Part shown: piece after piece, positions 52,761 through 64,000 of the stretch | How the letters are laid out: each line of letters begins with the position of its first letter | How positions within the stretch are numbered: the stretch's first letter is position 1 | NCBI RefSeq assembly: GCF_009914755.1 | Contig: NC_060925.1 | DNA from: the human T2T-CHM13v2.0 reference genome, Homo sapiens | Strand: one strand, 5' to 3' | DNA length: 64,000 nucleotides | The notes under the pieces: model-generated | What the model was told of the DNA's origin: nothing | Databases searched by the model: none | The model's input: only the letters and a program-made list of their open reading frames with translations | Program-made: the position numbers and the translations under genes

Positions 52761-54480
52761 ATTTTTGTATTCTACCAGTAGATGACATTAGAGATTAAAA
52801 TGCCATTTCTGCATATGCTTGTTATTAAAAATTTTGTCTTATGGCTTCCCCCAAATCACGCAGCAGCTCAGAAACCTATCCTTAAATTCACAATAACTTT
52901 TTGGCTCTAAAATATTAAAAATATATTGATAACAATCCAGGAATAGAATCCAGGGTAATATATGGCCAATAAAATAAGATGAAGCCAAGAACAGTGTAAA
53001 TTTTTAAAGAAGTGCCACGATACCCTATACTCTGGTTAGATGTGGGTCACACATTGTTGGAGGTCCATGATAATCAAGACAGGATCAGTTACATACTTGC
53101 AGTGTCTAGAAGATAGACAATGGGCTGTTTAGGAGAATTATAGCTATTCCTGGTCCTGAGGCCACAAGGACATTTCTTCCATCAGAGGAGAAACTGCTTA
53201 ACGCAGTGAACAATGTTCTCAGGAAAGTCCTTTCAGTAAATTTTATGAGGTCCATAGGTCTTTTTGTGATTAAGTCTCTTAAAGTAAGATCATTATGTCA
53301 GCCTATGACAAAGACTGGGAAAAGTAATTCTACACAGCATAACAGGATCTAGTCCAGACATGCAGCTTTCTGATGTTCTAGCAAACCCAAGGGTAGATTT
53401 TGTTATCTGTAGAAATGAATAGATTCCACATCTTTCAAAGATACTGTTTATATTGAACTGATTTAAATTATTTTTGAAGCAGCAGCAACATTTAGATTAT
53501 GTATTCTAACATATACCGGATGTAAAACTATTTTCTATCATCTGTTAAATACAGAACAGTAACTTTGACAATAGGTTGACTTACAAGTGGAATTGGAATT
53601 GGAAATTTCTTGTGGCTTCTGCAAATATCTACTCAAGGACTTCTGCTTGAATCTGAGGCTTGCTCCCGGAAGGCTGATAGCACCCATAGAGAGCACCAAG
53701 ATTCTTCTTGTAATATAATTTTGTTTTTTTTTTCCAAATACAAAGGCACTAGTTGACATAACTACAACCCCCCTCATCCCAATGCACAACCAACTGTACT
53801 TCATAGAGAATGCCAGATATGGCTTTAGACAGGAAACTATTTGAAACAGATATGAATCTTAATATGAGTTTAAAGTGAGAAAAAAGAATACTATGAGTAT
53901 GAAGTAAGAAAAGCAGCCATGGGTCCTTGAGCTATTTCCAGATTGCCCATTCAAGTAAAACTGGTTATTAACTATACACCTGCATAGCTAAATAAATAAA
54001 TGACTTGCCAAATGGGCTATATGGCAGAGAACACTGGTTTTCTCCCAGTATATGTTTGTCACTTCCTCTAGAATAACTGAAACCTGCTGATTATTAGCTG
54101 GGCAGAATAAAAGCTATGTTTCTTGGCACCCTTTGAGCTGATTGTGGTCATGTGATTACAACCTGCCAAATGTGATGTATAACTTCTGCAGAAAGCAGCT
54201 CTGAAATCATGGGAAGTCGATGTGCTCACTTCTTCCCTTCCTCTTATTGGCTGGATGAAAGGTGGATTTGATGGAAAGAACTCTGGCAGTCACCTCAGGG
54301 TATGGGAAGACCACTGGAATGAGGACTAACTGTGGTAAAGACCAAAACAAAACAAAAAAATAAAAACTCTCCCCCGCAAAAGAAGGAAATTGGAAACTGA
54401 GTTCCTGACACCATGGAATGCCACATCAACCCTGCATTGCCTACTCCTGTCTTTTTATAAGAGAGAGAAATGTGGTTGCA

Positions 54481-54787
54481 TTTTTATTTATTTATTTAAT
54501 TATTTTGAGATGGAGTCTTGCTCTGTAGCCCAGGCTGGAGTGCAATAGCGTGATCTCGGCTCACTGCAACCTCCACCTCCCGGGTTCAAGCAAGTCTCCT
54601 GCCTCAGCCTCCTGAGTAGCTGGGACTACAGGCACATGCCACCATGCCCAGCTAATTTTTGTATTTTTAGTGGAGATGGGGTTTCCTCATATTGGCCAGG
54701 CTGGTCTCCAACTCGTGAGCTCAAGTAATCCACCCACTTCGGCCTCCCAAAGTGCTGAGATTACAGGCATGAGCTACTGTGCCTGGC
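54481..54787 (-). repeat. AluS within an old MaLR-like remnant
   Basis: Alu dimer with (TTTA)n tail. Confidence 0.9.
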
Positions 54788-56109
54788 TCCATCTTTTAAA
54801 AGATACTGTCAGTTTGAATTTTCTGTCACTCACAACCAAATTTAACTAATTCAGGATGTCAGCTGAGTATCAATTAATCATCAATAGCATTGGTCTATGA
54901 AATGCTTATTTGAGGCTCTTTATTTTTCTCATTATGATGACCTGTGTGGGTTACTTAATTTTTGCTAAGACAAAACCAAATTTTGATAATAGCACCCAAG
55001 TTATTTGTATTTAAGTTCACTTTCACTTTTGTCTTTATATTTTCTAAAGCAAGGGAGAAAATGCAACTAGCCGTTCCAAAATTTATATGAAAACAAACTT
55101 GTTAGAAATCAGAGGGAACTTCTGGGAAAATGATAGAGTGAAATATTTCATAACCCATTTCACTTAGGTAAATCCCAAGTAGAGAAAGAAACTTCATCTA
55201 TACTGAATCTAGTAAAGAGCTATAACTTACAACAAAAGCCAAGGAGTTTCTATTTTTTATGTTTTCACCCTTTCTACTTTGCCAGAAACACTGAATAGAG
55301 TTTTGTCTTTCTGATTTAAAGAGAGGAAGAGAGAAAAAAATGCCAACTCTGTAGACACCTTCAGAGTTCAGTTTTATCATAAAAAACTGTTTGAATAATT
55401 AGACCTTTACATTCCTGAAGATAAAATAAACATGTAATCTTTTATCTTATTTTGTTCAACAAAATTGTTCAGAAAATCAAAGTGGTAAAAACAATGTAAA
55501 ATTTAACATTTTAATACCGATGTTGTACACTGTTTTACTTAACATTTTGGAGAGTAATTGCCTTGCTCTTCAACTCAGGAAAACACTTTTTTTGTGGCTA
55601 ATGTAATTGGTTTCTGTAACAACATCAGCAAATAAAAGGATGCTGATTATTGAAAAGAAAGTTATAATAAAAGTTGGTATAAATTTTTAGCACACATTTT
55701 TCTGATTTTGAGTATGATGAAAGGTTGATATCTACAGTTTTAATAGAAAAAGTTCAATTCAGGAGAGCGTAAACAAAGCTACTAGGACCTTTGTTAGAAG
55801 ACGACTATAGGGAATAAAGTATTATGGAAATGGAGAATAAAATAATTTGGGAGGAATCTTTTGGTGGAGCCAACCTTTAGAAAACAGGCTGTGGCCATGA
55901 GTCTTTGACCTTGTTGGTGTGCAGTGGCCTATGTCGTTGAATACGACTGGCTTTTATATGCTGTGCGACTGCCTCCTTACCACTGTGGTCTGAACAGGCA
56001 GCTGTAGGACTTTGTTTCTAGTGGCCATTTGAGGTTTTTATTGTGGTAAGTTGTGGCTGTTTAAGATGGGTTTGCTTAAGATGAGTGTTAAGTGGCTCTA
56101 TGTAGATGA

Positions 56110-56540
56110 GTGTCTCAGGTCAGTTGCCGAGGAAACACTCAGATGAGCCTCGGCCTGCAGAATGCTTACTGGGGAGTGTTCTATGAAACAGCACTACCAA
56201 AAGAAAGAGGGAAGCAGGACTGAGCAGTGAGACAAGGAACTGTGATGCAGTTGTAACAGAGGATCTAACAACCTCATAGAGAGTTCTGGAGCTAAGATGG
56301 CCCTTCAGAGGTTTTCTGAAATGAAGTAATGGGCTCATACCTTTGTACTTCTATATTCGATGTGGGCTTTCCCTAGGGAAAGAATGTCCCCTTAGGCAAA
56401 GTGGCTCCCTTCTACATAAGGCAGTTTTTAGAAGGACACATCTGTGAGTAGTCAGCAGCCAACACTCCCTGAAGCTGAGGAATAAGCATCTTCTTCCTGA
56501 AGAGGCTGTATTGCTGGCTGACCACAGCACCCACTAGAGC
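56110..56540. mobile_element. Old ERVL LTR (LTR16-like) fragment
   Basis: GAAGCAGGACTGAGCAG..TGTGATGCAGTTG..GAGTTCTGGAGCTAAGATGGCCCTTCAGAG motif series. Confidence 0.55.
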
Positions 56541-56755
56541 AAGGGTATGTCCTTATGGAAGTATGGATTTACTTGCTGGACCTTAAATAAATGCCTCATA
56601 AACGGTGTCAATATTGTAGACACAGGCCAAGGCCAGAGCAAATCTTAGGAAATATGCATGGGATTCTACAAGCAGTAACCTTAACTAGGCTGCCTCAGCA
56701 TGATGGCTAAAGCAAAAATTCTATTAATGGAACCAGAGACCTCTTAGATATCAGT

Positions 56756-57083
<328 letters not shown>

Positions 57084-57427
57084 GACATCGGATCTTCTAA
57101 AACACCAGGCAGCAAAATAATTATTGCCAGTTTTTGCCTTGATTTTCAGTCCAGACTGAAAGGTCTGCAGTCTAGATGAGATACCTCAAATTTGGTTTGT
57201 CTCCTACATTATTTTAAACTGGTTTCAGGGTCAAGAAGGAGTCCCAGGAATGAACTCACCTTGACTTTATGTGGCTTGTACGGAGGCCCAGGAATCATCT
57301 CCCACTACATAGGTTCAATTTGCCTACACCTGTTATTGCTTAGATCTTTGAGACACAAGTTGTGGCTTCACACATATAAGGATGGTAAATTCTATTAATA
57401 AATAACTAAAAAGGAAATAGAAAGACT

Positions 57428-57716
57428 TCTTTTTTTTAAATTATACTTTAAGTTCTAGGGTACATGTGCACAACATGCAGGTTTGTTATGTATGTATACA
57501 CGTGCCATGTTGGTTTGCTGCACCCATTAACTCATCATTTACATTAGGTATTTCTGTTAATGCTATCCTTCCCCCATCCACCCACCCCACAACAGGCCCC
57601 AGTGTGTGATGTTCCCCGCCCCATGTCCAAGTGTTCTCATTGTTCAATTCCCACCTATGAGTGAGAACATGCGGTGTTTGGTTTTCTGTCCTTGCGATAG
57701 TTTGCTCAGAATGATG
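57428..57716 (-). mobile_element. Short L1PA 3'-end insertion
   Basis: L1PA 3'UTR; degenerate TSD GGAAATAGAAAGACTTCT / GGAAACAGAAGTACTTCT. Confidence 0.88.
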
Positions 57717-58227
57717 GGAAACAGAAGTACTTCTGTTTCTAGAAATGTTATACTACATAATTTGGACCAACTCTCTTATCAAGGATGTCTAGAAAAAACA
57801 ATAAAAATATAAAATAAAACCTGCCTCAAGGCATCAAAGAACCCACAAAAGGGAGATGGATTATTGGGTTAATATCTGGGAGAAGAGAGAAACTCATAGT
57901 GATGAACCCTGTATTTGGGGCTGCTTTTCTCCCCAGAGGCATCTACTGATTCCATGAGAGGCACTAATGAGACTGAAAAGCTAAGCTTTTAACAGACTTG
58001 TAAATCTTCAAAGATATAATTGAAGCCCACATTTTAAATTGGGAACTTAAGGGGTTAATTCCAGCAGTAAGTATAAAACAGAAGGAGAATAACCTGTGCA
58101 GGGATTACAACACAGTTCCAAATTATCTTAATCTCTGAAATTAATAAAGCAATTTTGATCCAATGCCCTTAAATAAATATAGAGCAAGATAACAGCATCC
58201 TGGGTCCCAAATTATTTCTACATTTTT

Positions 58228-61200
58228 TAAATTTTAATTTTAATTTATTTATTTTTTTATTATTATACTTTAAGTTCTAGGGTACATGTGCACAGCATGC
58301 AGGTTTGTTATATATGTATACATGTGCCATGTTGGTGTGCTGCACCCATTAACTCGTCATTTACATTAGGTATATCTCCTAATGCTATCCCTCCCCCCTC
58401 CCCCTACCCCCCAACAGGCCCCGGTGTGTGATGTCCCTCTTCCTGTGTCCATGTGTCCTCATTGTTCAATTCCCACCTGTGAGAACATGCAGTGTTTGGT
58501 TTTTTGTCCTTGCGATAGTTTGCTGAGAATGATGGTTTCCAGCTTCATCCATGTCGCTACAAAGGACATGACCTCATCATTTTTTATGGCTGCATAGTAT
58601 TCCATGTTGTATATGTGCCACATTTTCTTAATCCAGTCTATCATTGTTGGACATTTGGGTTGGTTCCAGGTCTTTGCTATTGTGAATAGTGCCACAATAA
58701 ACATACGTGTGCATGTGTCTTTATAGCAGCATGATTTATAATCCTCTGGGTATATACCCAGTAATGGGATGGCTGGGTCAAATGGTATTTCTAGTTCTAG
58801 ATCCGTGAGGAATCGCCACACTGTCTTCCACAATGGTTGAACCAGTTTACAGTCCCACCAGCAGTGTAAAAGTGTTCCTTGTTAAATTGATCCCTTTACC
58901 ATTATGTAATGGCCTTCTTTTTCTTTTGATCTTGTTGGTTTAAAGTCTGTTTTATCAGAGACTAGGATTGCAACCCCTGCCTTGTTTTCTTTTCCATTTG
59001 TGTGGTAGATCTTCCTCCATCCCTTTATTTTGAGCCTATGTGTGTCTCTGCATGTGAGATGGGTTTCCTGAATACAGCACACTAATGGGTCTTGACACTT
59101 TATCCAATTTGTCAGTCTGTGTCTTTTAATTGGAGCATTTAGCCCATTTACATTTAAGATTAATATTGTTATGTGTGAATTTGATCCTGTCATTTTGATG
59201 TTAGCTGGTTATTTTGCTCATTAGTTGATGCAGTTTCTTCCTAGCATTGATGGTCTTTACAATTTGGCATGTTTTTGCAGTGGCTGGTACCAGTTGTTCC
59301 TTTCCATGTTTAGTGCTTCCTTCAGGAGCTCTTGTAGGGCAGGCCTGGTGCTGACAAAATCTCTCAGCATTTGCTTGTCTGTAAAGGATTTTATTTCTCC
59401 TTCACTTATGAAGCTTATTTTGGCTGGATATGAAATTCTGGGTTGAAAATTCTTTTCTTTAAGAATGTTGAATATTGGTCCCCACTCTCTTTTGGCTTGT
59501 AGAATTTCTGCCGAGAGATCAGCTGTTAGTCTGATGGGCTTCCCTTTGAGGGTAACCCGACCTTTCTCTCTGGCTGCCCTTAACATTTTTTCCTTCATTT
59601 CAACTTTGGTGAATCTGACAATTATGTGTCTTGGAGTTGCTCTTCTCGAGGAGTATCTTTGTGGTGTTCTCTGTATTTCCTGAATTTGAATGTTGGCCTG
59701 CCTTTCTAGGTTGGGGAAGTTCTCCTGGATAATATCCTGCAGAGTGTTTTGCAACTTAGTTGCATTCTCCCTGTCACTTTCAGGTACACCAATCAGATGT
59801 AGATTTGGTCTTTTCACATAGTCCCATATTTCTTGGAGGCTTTGTTTGTTTCTTTTTATTCTTTTTTCTCTAAACTTCCCTTCTCACTTCATTTCATTCA
59901 TTTGATCTTCCATCACTGATACCCTTTCTTCCAGTTGATCAAATTGGCTACTGAAGCTTGTGCATTCATCACATAGTTCTCGTGCCATGGTTTTCAGCTC
60001 CATCAGGTCCTTTAAGGACTTCTCTGCATTGGTTATTCTAGTTAGCCATTGTCTAATTTCTTTTCAAGATTTTCAACTTCTTTGCCATGGGTTCGAACTT
60101 CCCTCTTTAGCTCCGAGAAATTTGATCATCTGTAGCCTTCTTCTCTCAATTCATCAAAGTCATTCTCCATCCATCTTTGCTCCATTGCTGGTGAGGTGCT
60201 GCATTCCTTTGGAGGAGGAGAGGTGCTCTGATTTTTAGAATTTTCAGTTTTTCTGCTCTGTTTTTTCCCCATCTTTGTGGTTTATCTACCTTTGGTCTTT
60301 GATGATGGTGACGTACAGATGGGGTTTTGGTGAGGATGTCCTTTCTATTTGTTAGTTTTCCTTCTAACAGTCAGGACCCTCAGCAGCAGGTCTGTTGTAG
60401 TTTGCTGGAGGTCCACTCCAGACCCTGTTTGCCCGTGTCAGCAGTGGAGGCTGTAGAACGGCGAATATTGGTGAACAGCAAATGTTACTGCCTGATCATT
60501 CCTCTGGAAGTTTTGTCTCAGAGGGGTACCCGGCTGTCTGAGGTGTCAGTCTGCCCCTACTGGGAAGCCTCCCAGTTAGGCTACTTGGGGGTCAGGGACC
60601 CACTTGAGGAGGCAGTCTTTCCCTTCTCAGATCTGAAGCTGCATGCTGGGAGAACCACTACTCTCTTCCAAGCTGTCAGACAGGGACATTTAAGTCTGCA
60701 GAGGATTCTGCTGCCTTTTGTTCAGCTATGCCCTGCCCCAAGAGGTGGAGTCTACAGAGGCAGGCAGGCCTCCTTGAGCTATGGTGGGCTCCACCCAGTT
60801 TGAGCTTCCTGGCCACTTTGTTTACCTACTCAAGCCTCAGCAATGGGGGGTGCCTCTCCCCCAGCCTCACTGCTGCATTGCGGTTAGATCTCAGACTGCT
60901 GTGCTAGCAATGAGTGAGGCTCCGTGGGCTTAGGACCCTCCGAGCCAGGTGCGGGATATAATCTCCTTGTGTGCCATTTGCTAAGACCATTGGAAAAGTG
61001 CAGTATTAGGGTGGGAGTGACCCGATTTTCCAGGTGCTGCTTGTCCCCCCTTCCCTTGGCTAGGAAAGGGAATTCCCTGACCCCTTGCACTTCCCAGGTG
61101 AGGCAATGCCTCGCTCTGCTTCAGCTCACACTCGGTGCACTGCACCCAGTGTCCTGCACCCACTGTCCGACAATCTCCGGTGAGATGAACCCAGTATCTC

Positions 61201-61294
61201 AGTTGGAAATGCAGAAATCACCCATTTTCTGCGTCACTCATGCTGGGAGCTATAGACTGGAGCTGTTCCTATTTGGCCATCTTGGAACCACCCC
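58228..61294 (-). mobile_element. L1PA with intact ends but about 3.1 kb of ORF2 missing
   Basis: 5'UTR, ORF1 and ORF2 start joined at about 58880 to the ORF2 end and 3'UTR; TSD TATTTCTACATTTTT at 58213-58227 and 61295-61309. Confidence 0.93.
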
Positions 61295-61754
61295 TATTTC
61301 TACATTTTTAAAGTAAATGAACTATATGAAATTATTGACATATGTGAATGACATGTGATATGAGTGGTTCAGTTTTTGGCAGGACAAAGTCAGGAATCCA
61401 GAGCATCATCCAAGAAAATGTATTACTATTGTCTTCACTTGCAAATATCACAGCAAATTATGGTGGAACATTTGTATAGATGACTAATATTACCATCAAA
61501 TAATATAGCATATTACTTAGGGTATAAAATACAAAACTAAACAATTAGGATTATGGTAGATATGATGAATCAAGTAAATTTAATTAAAGTAAGAAATTCT
61601 ATATATTGTCCACTAAGGTTTGACGACATATCCTCAAATATAAGCTAGGTATAGCAGATTATTATTATTAATTTATGTATTTCCAAGTGCATATAATTCC
61701 ATTTAAAACACTTTTTGTGTGTTGAATAAATTTCCCAGTGTATGGAATTACTAG

Positions 61755-61836
61755 AAAAATTATATACAACATTAATAGACAAGTTACAAAAGTTATATAC
61801 AACATTAATAGACAAGTTACAAAAGTTAAATATAAA
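61755..61836 (+). repeat. 33-bp tandem repeat, about 2.5 copies
   Basis: AAAAGTTATATACAACATTAATAGACAAGTTAC repeated. Confidence 0.9.
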
Positions 61837-62077
61837 CAAAATAATTTGAAGATTCAGGATATGACAATGCCACCATGCATGGTAAATATAATTGGCAACA
61901 TCTAAAAGTGTGTGAAAAAATTCAATGTCATTCTATATTCTTTGATCCATTAACAGTCTTTTTTTTCTCTCCTAAACAAATGACATGTTTGCAGTATGTT
62001 AAAAGGCAGGAAAAATTAAGCAAAAAGCCCCAAGACCTTCATATGGTCTTTATTCGCCTGCTGTAAACATTAAGTAC

Positions 62078-64000
62078 TTTCTTTTTTCTTTTTTTAATTA
62101 TATTTTAAGCTCTCGAATACTTGTGCAGAATGTGCAGGTTTGTTAAATAGATATACACGTGCCATGGTGGTTTGCTGCACCCACTAACCCATCATCCAGA
62201 TTAGGTATTTCTCCTAATGCTATCCCTGCCTTAACCCCTCATCCTCTGACAGGCCCCAGTGTGTGATGTTCCCTGCCCTGTGTCAATGTGTTCTCATTGT
62301 TCAACTCCCACTTATGAGTGAGAACATGTATGTTTGGTTTTCTGTTCCTGTGTTAGTTTGCTGAGAATGATGGTTTCCAGCTTCATCCATGTCCCTGCAA
62401 AGGACATGAAATCATCCTTTTTTATGGCTGCATAATATTCCATGGTGTATATGTGCCACATTTTCTTGATCCAGTCTATCATTGATGGGCATTTGGGTTG
62501 GTTCCAAGTCTTTGTTATTGTGATTAGTGCCACAATAAACATACATGTGCATGTGTCTTTACAGTAGAATGATTTATAATCCTTTGGGTATATATCCAAC
62601 AATGAGATTGCAGGATCAAATGGTATTTCTAGTTCTAGATCCTTGAGGAATCACCACACTGTCTTCCACAATGGTTGAACTAATTTACACTCCCACCAAC
62701 AGTGTAAAAGCATTCTTATTTCTCCACATCCTCTCCGGCATCTGTTGTTTCCTGACTTTTTAATGATCATCATCTTTGTGGTGTTCTCTGTATTTCCCGA
62801 ATTTGAATGTTGGCCAGTCTTGCTAGGCTGGGGAAGTTCTCCTGGATAATATACTGAAGAGTGTTTTCAAACTTGGTTTCATTTTCCCCATCACTTTCAA
62901 ATACACCAATCAAATGTAGGTTTGGTCTTTTCACATAGACCAACATTTCTTGTAGGCTTTGTTAGTTCCTTTTCATTCTTTTTTCTCAATCTTTTCTTAA
63001 CGATTTATTTCATTAAGTTGATCTTCAATCTCTGATATCCTTTCTTTCACTTGATCGATTCAGCTATTGATACTTGTGTATGCTTCACAAGGTTCTCTTG
63101 CAGTGTTTTTCAGCTCCATCATGCCATTTATGTTCTTCTCTAAACTGGTTATTTTAGTTAGCAATTCCTGTAACCTTTTTTCAAGGCTCTTAGCTTCCTT
63201 GCTTTGGGTTAGAATATGCTTTTTTAGCTTGGAGGAGTTTGCTATTACCCACTTTCTGAAGCCTACTTTTGTCAAATTGTTAAACTCATTCTCCATCCAG
63301 TTTTGTTTCCTTGCTGGCAAGGAGTTGTGTTCCTTCAGAGGAGAAGAGGCATACTCTTTTTTAGAATTTTCAGCCTTTTTGTTCTTGTTTTTCCTTATCT
63401 TCGTAGATTTATCTACCTTTGGTCTTTCGTTTTGGTGACCTTCGGATGGGGTTTTTGTGTGGACATACTTTTTGTTGATGTTGATGCTTTTTCCTTTCTG
63501 TTTGTTAGTTTTCCTTCTAACAGTTAGGCCCCTCTGCTGCAAGTCTGTTGGAGTTTGCTGGAGGTCCACTCCAGACCCTGTTTGCCTGGGTGTCACCAGC
63601 GGAGGCTGCAGAACAGCAAAGATTGCTGCCTGTTACTTCCTCTGGAAGCTTTGTCACAGAGGGGCACCTGCCAGATGCCAGCAGGAGCTCTGCTGTATGA
63701 AGTGTCTGTCGACCCCTGCTGGGAGGTGTCTCCTAGGCAGGAGGCATGGTGGTCAGGGACCCACTTGAGAAGGCAGCCTGTCCCTTAGCAGAGCTTGAGC
63801 ACTGTGCTGGGAGATCTGGTGCTCTCTTCAGAGCTGGCAGGCAGGAACATTTAAGTCTGCTGAAGTTGTGCCCACAGCTGCCATTTCCCCAGGTACTCTG
63901 TCCCAGGGAGATGGGAGTTTTACTTATAAGCCCCTGACTGGGGCTGCTGCCTTTCTTTCAGAGATGCCCTTCCCAGAGAGGAGGAATCTAGATAGGCTCA
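62078..64000 (-). mobile_element. Older L1PA (about PA7/8) with large internal deletion; continues past window end
   Basis: 3'UTR/ORF2 end 62078-62771 joined directly to mid-ORF1 (ATCTTTGTGGTGTTCTCTG), then ORF1 start and 5'UTR. Confidence 0.9.

Noticed and set aside
52770-54000. Unique-looking intergenic sequence as hidden exons
   Set aside because: No CD1-like or other recognisable peptide found by eye; probably very old repeat or neutral DNA.
58860-58900. Spliced L1 retrocopy (SpIRE)
   Set aside because: No GT donor at the 5' breakpoint; microhomology explains the junction.

Overview
Primate (almost certainly human, 1q23 CD1 locus) genomic DNA, AT-rich and dominated by repeats. The only intact protein-coding gene is CD1A on the + strand: six coding exons from 35762 to 38786, 984 nt, 327 aa, with poly(A) signal at 39336. 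About 6 kb upstream is a candidate alternative first exon (MFAFGGAT, 29478-29502). Roughly 360 nt after it lies a decayed CD1-family alpha1-domain exon relic (LQI..*..WLGKLQTHS), which suggests the remnant of an additional, lost CD1 paralogue. An HMGN1 processed pseudogene lies at about 47.0-48.5 kb. Almost every ORF in the supplied track is L1, Alu or LTR derived. Notable retroelement structures: (1) a 9.5 kb composite of two L1PA copies inside one TSD pair, nested in an old L1MA; (2) a human-specific L1HS Ta-1 insertion with a 5' inversion and a short 3' transduction; (3) two neighbouring internally deleted L1s; (4) a full-length THE1 carrying a templated copy of nearby DNA. Repeat subfamily names come from recalled consensus sequences and were not computed.
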